The notes: generated by a model not told the origin, from the sequence alone. A DNA stretch of 64,000 nucleotides from Candidatus Bipolaricaulota bacterium (GCA_040752575.1 JBFMGK010000003.1:64001-128000), one strand, 5' to 3'; numbered from the stretch's first letter, positions 54,094 to 63,346 are shown. Made by a program: numbers and translations.

Positions 54094-55152
54094 ATGGAAC
54101 GTCGCACGAGATGGGCACACCCTTCGCTGGGGAGCGCGCCGGGATCGCTGGTGCATGCCGGGCCGTCACGCTCGGCGACCGTCGGGCTGACGCGCATGGA
54201 GTACGACCGCGGATCCGTCGACGAGACGCATCCCGAGGCTCCCGGGGCAATGGACGAACTGCGTCCGCAGCGCGTCCTTTGGCTGGACGTCGACGGAGTC
54301 CACGACGAGGAAGTCGTTGCCGCCATCGGACGTGCGGCGGGGATCCATCCCCTCACGCTCGAGGACATCATGCACACGGGCGAGCGTCCGAAAATCGAGG
54401 AGAGCGAAGGGACGCTTTTCGTTTCGCTACGAATGCTCCGACTTCGTTCCGATCGAGAGGTCGACGACGAACAAGTGAGCTTGGTTCTCGGGCCGTCCCG
54501 GGTGATCTCTTTCCAGGAACGAGTCGGCGACGTGTTTGACCCGGTTCGCGAGAGGATTCGCTCTGGCAAAGGGCGGATCCGCCATGCCGGGGCCGACTAC
54601 TTGTTCTACGCACTGATCGATGCGATCGTCGATCACTACTTCGTTGTTCTCGAGGGACTCGGCGACGCCGTCGAAGATATCTACGAACGCGTGACCCGTG
54701 ACCCGGGCCGAGGGCCGCTAGAGAGCATCCGGCACATCCAACGCGAACTGCTGTACGTGAGGCGGGCCGCCTGGCCGCTCCGCGAGGTCCTGAGCGAGCT
54801 CCTGCGCGGTGAGTGTGCGCTCATCGCGCCCGAGACGCTTCGCTATGTTCGAGACGTCTATGATCACACGCTTCAGATTCTGGAGACGACCGAGACGTAT
54901 CGCGAAATGGTCGCGAGCATTATGGACGTCTATCTGTCCGGCGTCAGCCAGCGAACGAACGAGGTCATGAAGGTCCTTACGATGATCGCAACCCTATTCA
55001 TTCCACTGACGTTCATCGTCGGAATCTATGGGATGAACTTCGCCTGGATGCCTGAACTGGATTGGCGCTACGGATACTTCGTCATCCTCGGCGGCATGGC
55101 CGTCGTCGCCGTGGCCATGCTGTTCTACTTCCGCAAGAAACACTGGCTCTAG
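54094..55152 (+). CDS. corA: Magnesium/cobalt transporter CorA
   Basis: HPLTLEDI, RPKIEE, EQVSL, DAIVD.Y, RDVYDH, NEVMKVLT, GIYGMNF, MPEL. Confidence 0.97.
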   Translation: MERRTRWAHPSLGSAPGSLVHAGPSRSATVGLTRMEYDRGSVDETHPEAPGAMDELRPQRVLWLDVDGVHDEEVVAAIGRAAGIHPLTLEDIMHTGERPKIEESEGTLFVSLRMLRLRSDREVDDEQVSLVLGPSRVISFQERVGDVFDPVRERIRSGKGRIRHAGADYLFYALIDAIVDHYFVVLEGLGDAVEDIYERVTRDPGRGPLESIRHIQRELLYVRRAAWPLREVLSELLRGECALIAPETLRYVRDVYDHTLQILETTETYREMVASIMDVYLSGVSQRTNEVMKVLTMIATLFIPLTFIVGIYGMNFAWMPELDWRYGYFVILGGMAVVAVAMLFYFRKKHWL

Positions 55153-55205
55153 CTCCGCTCTCGTCCATCGTCGGGGAGCGAGGTGCGTTCACGGCCTGCG
55201 AAGCG

Positions 55206-55415
55206 CTAGAGATAGTCGTCGTCCTCTTCGTCGTCGAGGTCCTCATCGTCGTCGAAGTCGTCTTCCTCTTCGATCCACTCGAGCCTCACCGGGTCCTCTT
55301 CGACGACCTCGAGCAACGCCTCGCACTCCTCGCAGCGCAGGCGGTTGAAGAGCGACAGTTCCTCCTTGTCGACGTCGAAGGCCGCGTCGCACACCGGACA
55401 GACGATCTTGCTCAC
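55206..55415 (-). CDS. LysW-like zinc-ribbon protein with an acidic tail
   Basis: CPVC...CEEC..LLEVVEEDPVRLE; AAGGAGG RBS before GTG 55415; an upstream GTG at 55529 would add a basic N-terminal extension. Confidence 0.75.
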   Translation of the reverse strand: MSKIVCPVCDAAFDVDKEELSLFNRLRCEECEALLEVVEEDPVRLEWIEEEDDFDDDEDLDDEEDDDYL

Positions 55416-55684
55416 AGTGCCCTCCTTGACTTCGGCATCGTACGGCAACGGGCGCTTCGCAGCGCGCCCGGATCGCCTTCCCTGCGCTGCCGGCAGTCCC
55501 GAATCCCCGCTCGACTTACGGCTCTTCACGCGCCTCTCCCGCTCTTTCCGATCCTTCGCCTCACCGGCGGCCTGTCCCGAAAGAAAAGCGTAGAGCCAAT
55601 GGCATGTTCAGGCCGCAGGATAGCCAGGCTTCCCAGGGGGCGTCAATAGCGCGTTGGGGTCCCTTGGTCCGCCGGCGACCGGGG

Positions 55685-57076
55685 TCATGTGTCCACGTCC
55701 GATCTTTCGGACCTCGGCGAAACCCCGCCCAGGACGTCCACGACGAGTCCCGACAGGAGACTCACGGCACCGCCGAGGACACGCTCGTCGAAGTCGAACG
55801 TCGACGTGTGGGCCGCCAGGACGCGCGAACGGTCGGCATCATCGCGATGAACGCCGGTCAGGTCCGCGCCGAGTCCTACGTAGGCTGCCATCCCGCCTCG
55901 CTCCTGTACGTGCAGCATCATCTCGGTGAAGTCTTCGCTTCCCCCCACGGCATCGACGGCGAAGCAGTGGAAGTCCCCGACTGCCGAGGCGACGTGCTCG
56001 ATCCGGCGCGCGAGGTCGGGGTCGCTTCGCGCCGTCCCTGCCTCCCCCATGGGGCGAACCTCGACGGTGCAGCCATACATGGATGCGGCGGCCGTCACGA
56101 CGGCAAGGGCTCGCTCGGCCATGAAGGCACAGAGCTCCATCGTCTCGCCGCGCACCTCCGCCACCAACAACGCTTGCTCCGGGATGACGTTCCGGCCGCT
56201 GCCTGCGGTGAGCCGGCCGACGTGAACGCGTGTGAACCCCGCGTGATGCCGTGGCAGGGCGTGGAGGTGAACGGCGGCCGTTGCCGCGGCAAGCAGGGCG
56301 TTCCTGCCTCCCTCCGGCATGCCGCCAGCGTGGGCCGCCTCGCCACGGAAGAGGACATCGAGCTTGCGCGTTGCCGCATACCCGCCGAGGCCGGGAGCGA
56401 GTTCCCCGAGGGCCCAGCCCGTGAGCACGTGGCAACCCACAACGATGTCCACGTCGTCGAGATGCCCGGCTTCGACGATCGAACGCGCACCCCGCACGCC
56501 TTCTTCGGCCGGCTGGAAGATCAGCTTCAGCGTGCCCTGCAGTGAATGTTTGGAGCGGGCGAGGGCGTGAGCCACCCCGAGGCCGATCGCCACGTGCCCG
56601 TCGTGGCCGCATGCGTGGCAGATTCCTTTGTGAACGGATGCGAATCCCTCACGGAGCGGACGATGCGTCGCTGCTTCGCTCTCCATCAGATCGAGCGCGT
56701 CCATGTCAAAACGGAGAGCGACGACGGGTCCACGGCCCCAGCGCCTCAACGCCACTGCGCCCGTCATGCCTCCCCGCATCGTCTCCAGAAGGTCGCCGTC
56801 TACCCCTTCGGCGCGGGCGCGGGACCATGCGGCGTCCAACGCCTCTGGATCCGGGACGCCCCTACGCGACGCGGCTTGACACACATCGGCGCCCAAGAGA
56901 GGCGAGTACCCCAAGGCGCGCAGGCGCTCGACCACGATCGCCGTCGTGCGGAACTCTGTCCAGCCCGTCTCCGGGTGACGATGGAGATCGCGGCGATCGG
57001 CGATGAGAGAGGCCTCTGTCCAGTCACGCTCCAGCGGCTCCTGCGATCCGCGTATCACGCCGCGCAAGCCGGGCAC
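55685..57076 (-). CDS. M20 family amidohydrolase (AbgA-like)
   Basis: RRDLHRHPE.GWTEFRT, LRFDMDAL, HACGHDGH, FQPAEEG.RGA, AHAG..PE.GRNA, GRNVI, GSEDF, FDFDE. Confidence 0.92.
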   Translation of the reverse strand: MPGLRGVIRGSQEPLERDWTEASLIADRRDLHRHPETGWTEFRTTAIVVERLRALGYSPLLGADVCQAASRRGVPDPEALDAAWSRARAEGVDGDLLETMRGGMTGAVALRRWGRGPVVALRFDMDALDLMESEAATHRPLREGFASVHKGICHACGHDGHVAIGLGVAHALARSKHSLQGTLKLIFQPAEEGVRGARSIVEAGHLDDVDIVVGCHVLTGWALGELAPGLGGYAATRKLDVLFRGEAAHAGGMPEGGRNALLAAATAAVHLHALPRHHAGFTRVHVGRLTAGSGRNVIPEQALLVAEVRGETMELCAFMAERALAVVTAAASMYGCTVEVRPMGEAGTARSDPDLARRIEHVASAVGDFHCFAVDAVGGSEDFTEMMLHVQERGGMAAYVGLGADLTGVHRDDADRSRVLAAHTSTFDFDERVLGGAVSLLSGLVVDVLGGVSPRSERSDVDT

Positions 57077-57094
57077 AGCGCTCCTCGCTCACGG

Positions 57095-58204
57095 TCAGAA
57101 CTCAAGGGTGAACGCTCCGTTCTCGTAGATCTTCTGGTCGTCAACTCGGATCACGCCGCCGTCTCGCAGATCGCACACGAGATCCCAGTGAATGGCCGAC
57201 TCGTTCCGGCTTCCCGTCTCGGGCATCCCCGCGCCGAGCGCCATGTGGAAGCTCCCGGCGATCTTCTCGTCGAACAGGGTGTTTCCTGTGGCTCTCTGGA
57301 TTCCCTCGTTAGTGCCGATCGCAAACTCCCCAACGCGGCGGGCCCCCGGGTCCACGTCGAGGGTTCGCTGAAGGAAGTCGTCGCCCTTCTCCGCATGAGC
57401 CTTCACCGCGACTCCCTGCTCAAACCAGATCTCAACGCCCTCAAGGCGGCGTCCGTCATAGACCGTGGGGTAGGAGAAGCGCACGTGTCCCCGAACGGAG
57501 TCCTCGACCGGGCCGGTGAAGACCTCTCCGTCGGGCATGTTCCGCTTCCCGTCGCAGTTCACGAACGTGCGACCCGCGATGCTCATCTCGAGGTCAACGC
57601 CGGGAGCCTGCACACGCAGCGCATGCTTTCCCTTAAGCCAGTTGACGAGCCTCTCCTGCCACGCGGACAGGGTCTGCCAGTGGCGCACCGGATCGGTGAG
57701 GTCGGGGAGGCAGGCTCGGAAGACGAAGTCCTCGTACTCGGCGAGACCCATCTCGGCGTCCTGGGCGTAGGCGGGTGTGGGATAGAGGCAGCCGACCCAA
57801 CGCAGATCGCCCGACGCGGCACGGCCCATAAACGTCTTGAAAAGGTCTCGCGACGCCTCCTTCGAGGCGACGAGTCTGGCGGGATCGACGTTGGTCAGTT
57901 CTTTCGTGTTTGAGGATCCGGACAGCGATAGGATCACGTCGTACGTCTCGTAGACAAGACGAGTCGGCGGGGCGACGTGCCGCAGTTGTTCGTCGGAGGC
58001 ATGCCGGAAGAACAGCTCGTCCATGCCGGGGAGTTGGGCGCGCAGGAAGGGAAGCCCGCCTGCATCGAGCACCTCGACGAGGACAGCCTTCAACAGCGGT
58101 TCAGCGAGCGCGCTTCCTTGAACGTATACCTTGTCCCCCGGGCTTACCGACGTGGAGTACCGAACGAGAACCTCGGCCAGCTTTGCCACGCGTGGATCCG
58201 TCAT
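57095..58204 (-). CDS. Aminopeptidase, M29 (AmpS/AmpT) family
   Basis: MTDPRVAKLA, AQDAEM, NMPDGEVFTGP, GEFAIG, LFDEKI..SFHMALG, N.SAIHWDLV. Confidence 0.93.
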   Translation of the reverse strand: MTDPRVAKLAEVLVRYSTSVSPGDKVYVQGSALAEPLLKAVLVEVLDAGGLPFLRAQLPGMDELFFRHASDEQLRHVAPPTRLVYETYDVILSLSGSSNTKELTNVDPARLVASKEASRDLFKTFMGRAASGDLRWVGCLYPTPAYAQDAEMGLAEYEDFVFRACLPDLTDPVRHWQTLSAWQERLVNWLKGKHALRVQAPGVDLEMSIAGRTFVNCDGKRNMPDGEVFTGPVEDSVRGHVRFSYPTVYDGRRLEGVEIWFEQGVAVKAHAEKGDDFLQRTLDVDPGARRVGEFAIGTNEGIQRATGNTLFDEKIAGSFHMALGAGMPETGSRNESAIHWDLVCDLRDGGVIRVDDQKIYENGAFTLEF

Positions 58205-58274
58205 GCCGCCTCCTTGGGGCCCCAGATTCTGCCCGAGTCCGACGATAGCGGCCGCTCCGAGGTTGGGCAAGGGA

Positions 58275-59042
58275 CTAGACGGGAAGCAGCTCGAGATCAC
58301 GCGCTGTGTTGACGGGCCGCCCGGGAGACAAGACGGCCACTCGGCGCAGGCCTCCGTAAGCCGATGACGTGAACACCGTCAGACAGCGATCCCCGAACAG
58401 GTACGTCGGCGCGTCAGGTTGGTGCGAGCGCACGAGGACCCGAACACCGAGGGTCGCCGAGCGAATACGAAACTCCTCGGGTCCCAATTGGGGGCGCCCG
58501 GTGACGTAGGGAAGCTCCTCCCCCGGTTGGCGCCAGTCTCCCCAGACGACGTCTCGCCACGCGGACTCGCCCGGCGCGAGAGACGCGATGGTGTCGAGTG
58601 TTGGACTGTCCGGGAGGGCTCCGTGAACAGCGAGGACCCGCGCGGGGTGCCACGCCGCCAGCGGAAGTCCGAGAAGGAGATCGGCCAGTTCGGCGGCGAC
58701 ATGCGGTTCGAGCGACTCCCAGAAGTCGGCGATGCGAAAGCGCACAGCACCGTAGGCTTCGTGGTTTCCGCACAGGAGAAAGGTCGACGCCGGCCTCGCG
58801 ATCTTCTGCGCGAGGACACGCTCGAGCGTCGATGCCGACGCGGGTCCGCGGTCAACGGTATCTCCGAGGAAGACCACCACATGCTCAGGGTCCCCGAACT
58901 CCCGGATGACCGTTTCGACCGCTTCGAGATCCCCGTGAGTGTCTCCGACATAGACGATCCGGCGGTCTTCCGGGAGGCGGATTACCCGTTCCTCTTTGCG
59001 AATCACGGCCATGGCGCGGCGAGCCGTCTCGATCAGCGACAC
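58275..59042 (-). CDS. PPP-type Ser/Thr metallophosphatase
   Basis: GDTHGD, GDTVDRG, GNHE, HG, WGD, RSHQ, TVFTS. Confidence 0.9.
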   Translation of the reverse strand: MSLIETARRAMAVIRKEERVIRLPEDRRIVYVGDTHGDLEAVETVIREFGDPEHVVVFLGDTVDRGPASASTLERVLAQKIARPASTFLLCGNHEAYGAVRFRIADFWESLEPHVAAELADLLLGLPLAAWHPARVLAVHGALPDSPTLDTIASLAPGESAWRDVVWGDWRQPGEELPYVTGRPQLGPEEFRIRSATLGVRVLVRSHQPDAPTYLFGDRCLTVFTSSAYGGLRRVAVLSPGRPVNTARDLELLPV

Positions 59043-59133
59043 GAAAACCTCCTATGGGCCGCCGGGGCCTGGAGCGCCCCGCTCGCGCTCTCGCGCAGGT
59101 TGCCTCATGGTAACGCAGAGCGGCGATGATCTG

Positions 59134-59162
59134 TTGACATCACGCGCGGCTCGTGGTACGGT
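59134..59162 (+). promoter_or_regulatory. Strong sigma70-type promoter
   Basis: TTGACA-17-TACGGT with an extended -10 TG. Confidence 0.6.
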
Positions 59163-59169
59163 TCCGCGT

Positions 59170-59332
59170 CATGAATGCGAGCTTGGCTTTCCAGGCGAAT
59201 TGGGATACGGCAGCTTCTCGGGCTGCCGTATCGGTTGCGTTCACGACGACGAGATAGCCCGTCCGTTTCGCGGACTGCGAGATCGGACGGGCGTGGAGGA
59301 CCGCAGGCGACAGCCTGGGGTCTTTTCTCTTT
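59170..59332 (+). ncRNA. Candidate structured RNA or attenuator leader (not recognised as a known family)
   Basis: Three-way junction, second long hairpin and terminator-like hairpin with U-tract directly downstream of the promoter. Confidence 0.45.
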
Positions 59333-59366
59333 ACCCAGGACGCCGGAGTGGCGGAAGGAGGTTGAG

Positions 59367-59654
59367 ATGGTCGGGAAGAGACGAGCCGAGATGGGTTTGC
59401 ATGAGGTGGCCGAGACCACGCGATCGCCGGCGGCCATCGTCGACCTCATACGATTGAGTTACGTTCATCGGCTTCACGCGGCGTTGCGCGGGTCGCCGGA
59501 CATGGCGCGCGTCCTGTCCGCCGTACACCGAGCCCTCGATGCGTGGCCGGATGCGAAGGGAATAGGAGTGGACGACGCTCAGGCGTGGGTTCGCGCGGCG
59601 CTGGCCGATGTCGTTTCGCGTACCGCGGCGATGACTCCACCGCGTTGCGGCTGA
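59367..59654 (+). CDS. Hypothetical helical protein (95 aa)
   Basis: Strong AAGGAGG RBS 5 nt before the ATG; no recognisable motif. Confidence 0.55.
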   Translation: MVGKRRAEMGLHEVAETTRSPAAIVDLIRLSYVHRLHAALRGSPDMARVLSAVHRALDAWPDAKGIGVDDAQAWVRAALADVVSRTAAMTPPRCG

Positions 59655-59705
59655 GCGTTTCCTGCATCACAGGCGCTCGGGGAGGTTTGGCGTATAATGG
59701 GGCCT

Positions 59706-60143
59706 ATGGCGACGTTGGACGAAGTAGCGCGGTTCCTCGGCCTTTCCAAGCGGGCTGTTCGCTTGCGTGTCGATGCGCTGGGCGGAATGCTGGAGCGCTA
59801 CATGTCGCGCGGGGAACGGAATCGCCTCATCTTCCGCGGTGAAGCCGTCGCCATTCTGCGACGCCTCGAGGAGCTGCGCCTCGAGGAGGGACTTCCGATT
59901 CGCGAAGCGGCCGATCGACTCCGCGGCGAGATCCATGCTGACGGCGAAGGCCCTTCGGGCGTCGTTCTCGTGATCCGTCCCGAAGTCGAGTTCGCTCTTG
60001 TGCAAGAGCTCTTGCGAGACGTCAGCCGAGAGCGCGACCAGTGGCGTGAGTACGCGCTGGCGCTGCAGTCTGTATTGCCTGCCGAACTCAAGTGGCTCCA
60101 TTCGGTTGCCCCCGCGTCGCCGGGGGACCGCCGCACGAACTAG
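59706..60143 (+). CDS. MerR/excisionase-like HTH protein with a C-terminal coiled coil
   Basis: TLDEVARFLGLSKRAVR HTH, RGERNRLIF wing, LLRDVSRERDQWREYA; TATAAT 7 nt before the ATG. Confidence 0.7.
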   Translation: MATLDEVARFLGLSKRAVRLRVDALGGMLERYMSRGERNRLIFRGEAVAILRRLEELRLEEGLPIREAADRLRGEIHADGEGPSGVVLVIRPEVEFALVQELLRDVSRERDQWREYALALQSVLPAELKWLHSVAPASPGDRRTN

Positions 60144-60160
60144 AGCGCCGGCCCTCTGCC

Positions 60161-63100
60161 CTACTCGGCGTCGTCGCTAGCTGGAGCCCCCTTGGCCATA
60201 AACCTTGCGGCGACGACTCCACGGCTCGGCACGGGGATCCGCGTCCCGGGTGTCCATGCGGCTCCCGTTTCTGTGGGCACGACGAACAACAGCGCGGTTC
60301 CCTGCGAAACGCCGCGCCGTTCAAGCAACGCGAGGCCAACTTGCGCGTCGGCGAGACTCACGGAACTGGTTACACGACCGAGGATGAGTCCGTTCTTGTC
60401 GAGAACGGCAGCTCCAGCGCGAACCGGCCGCTCCCCGCGTTCAACCGTGAAGCGGACAAGCTCTCGCCGAAGCGACGAGGCTCGCGCCACGGCAGCCGAG
60501 CGTCCGATGAAGAAGGGCTTGTGCAGTTTCACGTAGGACCCGAACCCGGCCTCGAAGGGGTCGATGCCCAGAGGCCCCTCGAGTTCGTGGCCGTACAACG
60601 GGAGGCCGGCCTCGGTGCGCGTTGAGTCTCGGGCCGCCAGCCCGCATGGACGCACACCCAGCGCTTGTCCGGCTTCCAGCAGCGCGTTCCAGAGCCAGAG
60701 GGCCGTTGGCGCGGCGGCAAAGATCTCGTAGCCTACAGGCTCTCCTGTGTATCCTGTTCGCGCGACGAGAATCTGGCGCCCCTCCAAGGCCAGCTCCACG
60801 AACTGCGTCCGCTCGAGAGCTGCGACCCTCCGTGCGTCGGCGGGAGAGAGCACGCTGGACAAGGCTCGGGTGCTCTGGGGACCTTGTAGGGCAAGGTCGA
60901 TGACGCCGCGTTCCTCCTTGAGGTCCCGCAGCGCGACGCCACCGCGACCGAGACAACATGCGGCACGCGAGCGGTCGACGATCCACCGATCCTCAAGCAG
61001 CCCGCGGAGCCATGCCCAGTCCTTTGCCTCGTTCGCGGCATTAACGACGACCAGGTAACGATCCTCCGCGCGTCGGTAGACCATGATGTCGTCGAGGACC
61101 TTCCCGTCGGCGTCGAAGAGGTAGGCATACTGGGAGCCGCCGTCCCCCAGCCAGCCGGCGTAGTTCGACGTGGCCTCGTTCAGAAACTGGGTCGCTCGCT
61201 TCCCTTCCACTTGGAAGACGCCCATGTGCCCCAGATCGAACAGCCCGGCGCTGCGACGCACCGCGTTGTGCTCCTCGAGCGCTGAGGTGTACCACACCGG
61301 CATCTGCCACCCCGCAAAGGGGACGAGCTTCGCCCCGAGGGCCACGTGGACTTCATGCAGAGGCGTCGTCCGGCCCCGCACCTCTTCCGCCTCCACCCAG
61401 ACGAACTCCTCGCGCGAGGGTCCCGAGGCCGACGTAACAGCGTCCCCTCCGCCGACGAAGTAGGGTTTGCCGAGGACGAAGCGCTCCGGGTGGAGCGATG
61501 CGAGTTCGCGCACCGAACGCCGGATTTCCCGCTCATCGAGCGGTTCGCAAGCCCACGTCGAAGCCGTCTTCGGGAGAGACGCCACCTCCACGTCCTCGAT
61601 CACGGCCGGGCCCTCGACTTTGCGGAAGAGGTCCTCGCGGTCGAAGAGCGTGTAGCCGTCGGAGAGGCCGACGAGCCATGCCTTGATCGTCTGCACTTGG
61701 CTTGGCGGCACGAGGACCGCGTACTCGTCTCTTCCCAGACAGCCGACGAGGGCGGGGGAAATCGCCAGTCCCTTCTCGTCAAAGAAGTAGGTCGAGCAAC
61801 ACGCGCCGGGACTCAACCCAGCGACATCTCCCGGCGCGGCCTGGTCGAGAAGAGAGGACGCGCGACCGCCGCGAACACGAAAGGCGGCGCATGTGCCGCC
61901 AGGCCGCCGTTCAACGTCCGGACGGACGCCGGCCCGAGGCTCGACCCGTGCGATCAGCGAGGCGACATCACGCTTCGCAGACTCCAGGGCGTGAAGGGCG
62001 ATCTTGCCCCGCGGAAGCTCTCCGCGAAGGCCGATGTACGAGAAGGGGCGGATTTCACGGAGCACCGAGGCGATGATCCCGGCGAGCGCCTCCATCTCCT
62101 GTTTCCCCATGCCGCGTTGCGTCACCCAGGGCGTCCCGAACCGAAGCCCGTGTGCATGAGCGGCGCTCTGATCTCCCGGCAGCGTGTTCTTGTTGCAGAC
62201 GATGCCCGCTAGATCGAGGATCCTTGAGGCGGCTTCGCCGAGCAAGGCGAAGCCGGTCTCGCTCGGAAGAAGCCTAAGATCGGCCAACAGGACGTGCGTG
62301 TTGGTTCCCCCGTATGCGAGAGGAATGCCGTTCGCTTCGAGCGCGTGGGCCAGATGAGCTGCGTTCTCGACGATCCGCCTCTGGAGGGCTGCGTACTCCG
62401 GGGTGCGCGCGAGTTGGAGCGCCACGGCCAGCGCCGCGAACTTGTCTACGTGGGGGCCCCCCTGCAAACCCGGGAAGACCGCGGCGTCCAGCCGCGCTGC
62501 GATCTCCGCGTCGGTCGACAAGAGAACGGCGCCGCGAGCGCCACACAGTGTCTTGTGGGTGGTGAACGAGACGACGTGCGCATGGCCGATCGGATTGGGG
62601 TAGACCTTCCCGAGGATCAGGCCGGCCGTGTGGGCGACGTCGGCGAGAAGGATGGCCCCCACGTCGTCGGCGATCCTACGGAAGGCCGCCCAATCCGGCT
62701 GCCACGGGTAGGACGTGAAACCGCCAATGATCATCTTGGGACGATGCTCGCGGGCCAGCGCGCGCATTCGTTCGTAGTCCAGACGGCCGGTTGCCGGATC
62801 TACCGCGTAGGGGACGATGCGGTAGCGGCGGCCGGTGACGTTGAACTGGGAGCCGTGCGTGAGATGACCGCCTTCCGTGAGGGCCATCCCCATGACCGTC
62901 TCGCCGGGTTTCACGAACGCCTCGTAGACGGCCAGGTTGGCTGCGGCGCCCGACAACGGCTGGACATTGGCCAGAATATGCTCCGCCGGCACATCCGGCG
63001 TGGCAAAACCCTCGGCCACGCGACGAGCGGCGAGCGACTCGACGATGTCTGCGATCTCGGTGCCCTTGTAGAACCGTCGGTCGGCGTAGCGACGCGTAAG

Positions 63101-63346
63101 GGCCAGCTGTACGTCGACGTCCGCCAGCTCCTCTTCGGTCGCCTGCATCATGGCCTTGCGGGGATACCCCTCGGCGTAGACGCTTGTGAGGGCAGAACCG
63201 AGGACTTCGCGGACTGCCGGAGGAGTCAGGCTCTCCGAAGCGATGAGGATGATCCTCTCTCGCTGTCTTCGCTCCTCGGCGGATAGCAGGGCGACCGTCT
63301 GCGGATCGACGTCAAGGGCTCGTAACGCAGACCAAGGCTGGCTCAT
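60161..63346 (-). CDS. glyA/gcvT: Serine hydroxymethyltransferase - glycine cleavage T-protein fusion
   Basis: LIASES, YAEGYP, NVQPLSG, GGHLTHG, TTHKTL, FPGLQGGP; then TPLH...FAGWQMPVWY, EHNAVR, RTGYTGE..GYE, GLAARDSTRTEAGLPLYGHE. Confidence 0.93.
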   Translation of the reverse strand: MSQPWSALRALDVDPQTVALLSAEERRQRERIILIASESLTPPAVREVLGSALTSVYAEGYPRKAMMQATEEELADVDVQLALTRRYADRRFYKGTEIADIVESLAARRVAEGFATPDVPAEHILANVQPLSGAAANLAVYEAFVKPGETVMGMALTEGGHLTHGSQFNVTGRRYRIVPYAVDPATGRLDYERMRALAREHRPKMIIGGFTSYPWQPDWAAFRRIADDVGAILLADVAHTAGLILGKVYPNPIGHAHVVSFTTHKTLCGARGAVLLSTDAEIAARLDAAVFPGLQGGPHVDKFAALAVALQLARTPEYAALQRRIVENAAHLAHALEANGIPLAYGGTNTHVLLADLRLLPSETGFALLGEAASRILDLAGIVCNKNTLPGDQSAAHAHGLRFGTPWVTQRGMGKQEMEALAGIIASVLREIRPFSYIGLRGELPRGKIALHALESAKRDVASLIARVEPRAGVRPDVERRPGGTCAAFRVRGGRASSLLDQAAPGDVAGLSPGACCSTYFFDEKGLAISPALVGCLGRDEYAVLVPPSQVQTIKAWLVGLSDGYTLFDREDLFRKVEGPAVIEDVEVASLPKTASTWACEPLDEREIRRSVRELASLHPERFVLGKPYFVGGGDAVTSASGPSREEFVWVEAEEVRGRTTPLHEVHVALGAKLVPFAGWQMPVWYTSALEEHNAVRRSAGLFDLGHMGVFQVEGKRATQFLNEATSNYAGWLGDGGSQYAYLFDADGKVLDDIMVYRRAEDRYLVVVNAANEAKDWAWLRGLLEDRWIVDRSRAACCLGRGGVALRDLKEERGVIDLALQGPQSTRALSSVLSPADARRVAALERTQFVELALEGRQILVARTGYTGEPVGYEIFAAAPTALWLWNALLEAGQALGVRPCGLAARDSTRTEAGLPLYGHELEGPLGIDPFEAGFGSYVKLHKPFFIGRSAAVARASSLRRELVRFTVERGERPVRAGAAVLDKNGLILGRVTSSVSLADAQVGLALLERRGVSQGTALLFVVPTETGAAWTPGTRIPVPSRGVVAARFMAKGAPASDDAE

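Noticed and set aside
1229..63286. Long antisense or alternate-frame ORFs (e.g. 1229-2647 +, 5949-7502 -, 7985-9772 -, 16721-18193 +, 47074-48339 -, 62294-63286 +)
   Set aside because: They overlap well-supported genes and have no motifs; stop-poor shadow frames are expected in high-GC DNA
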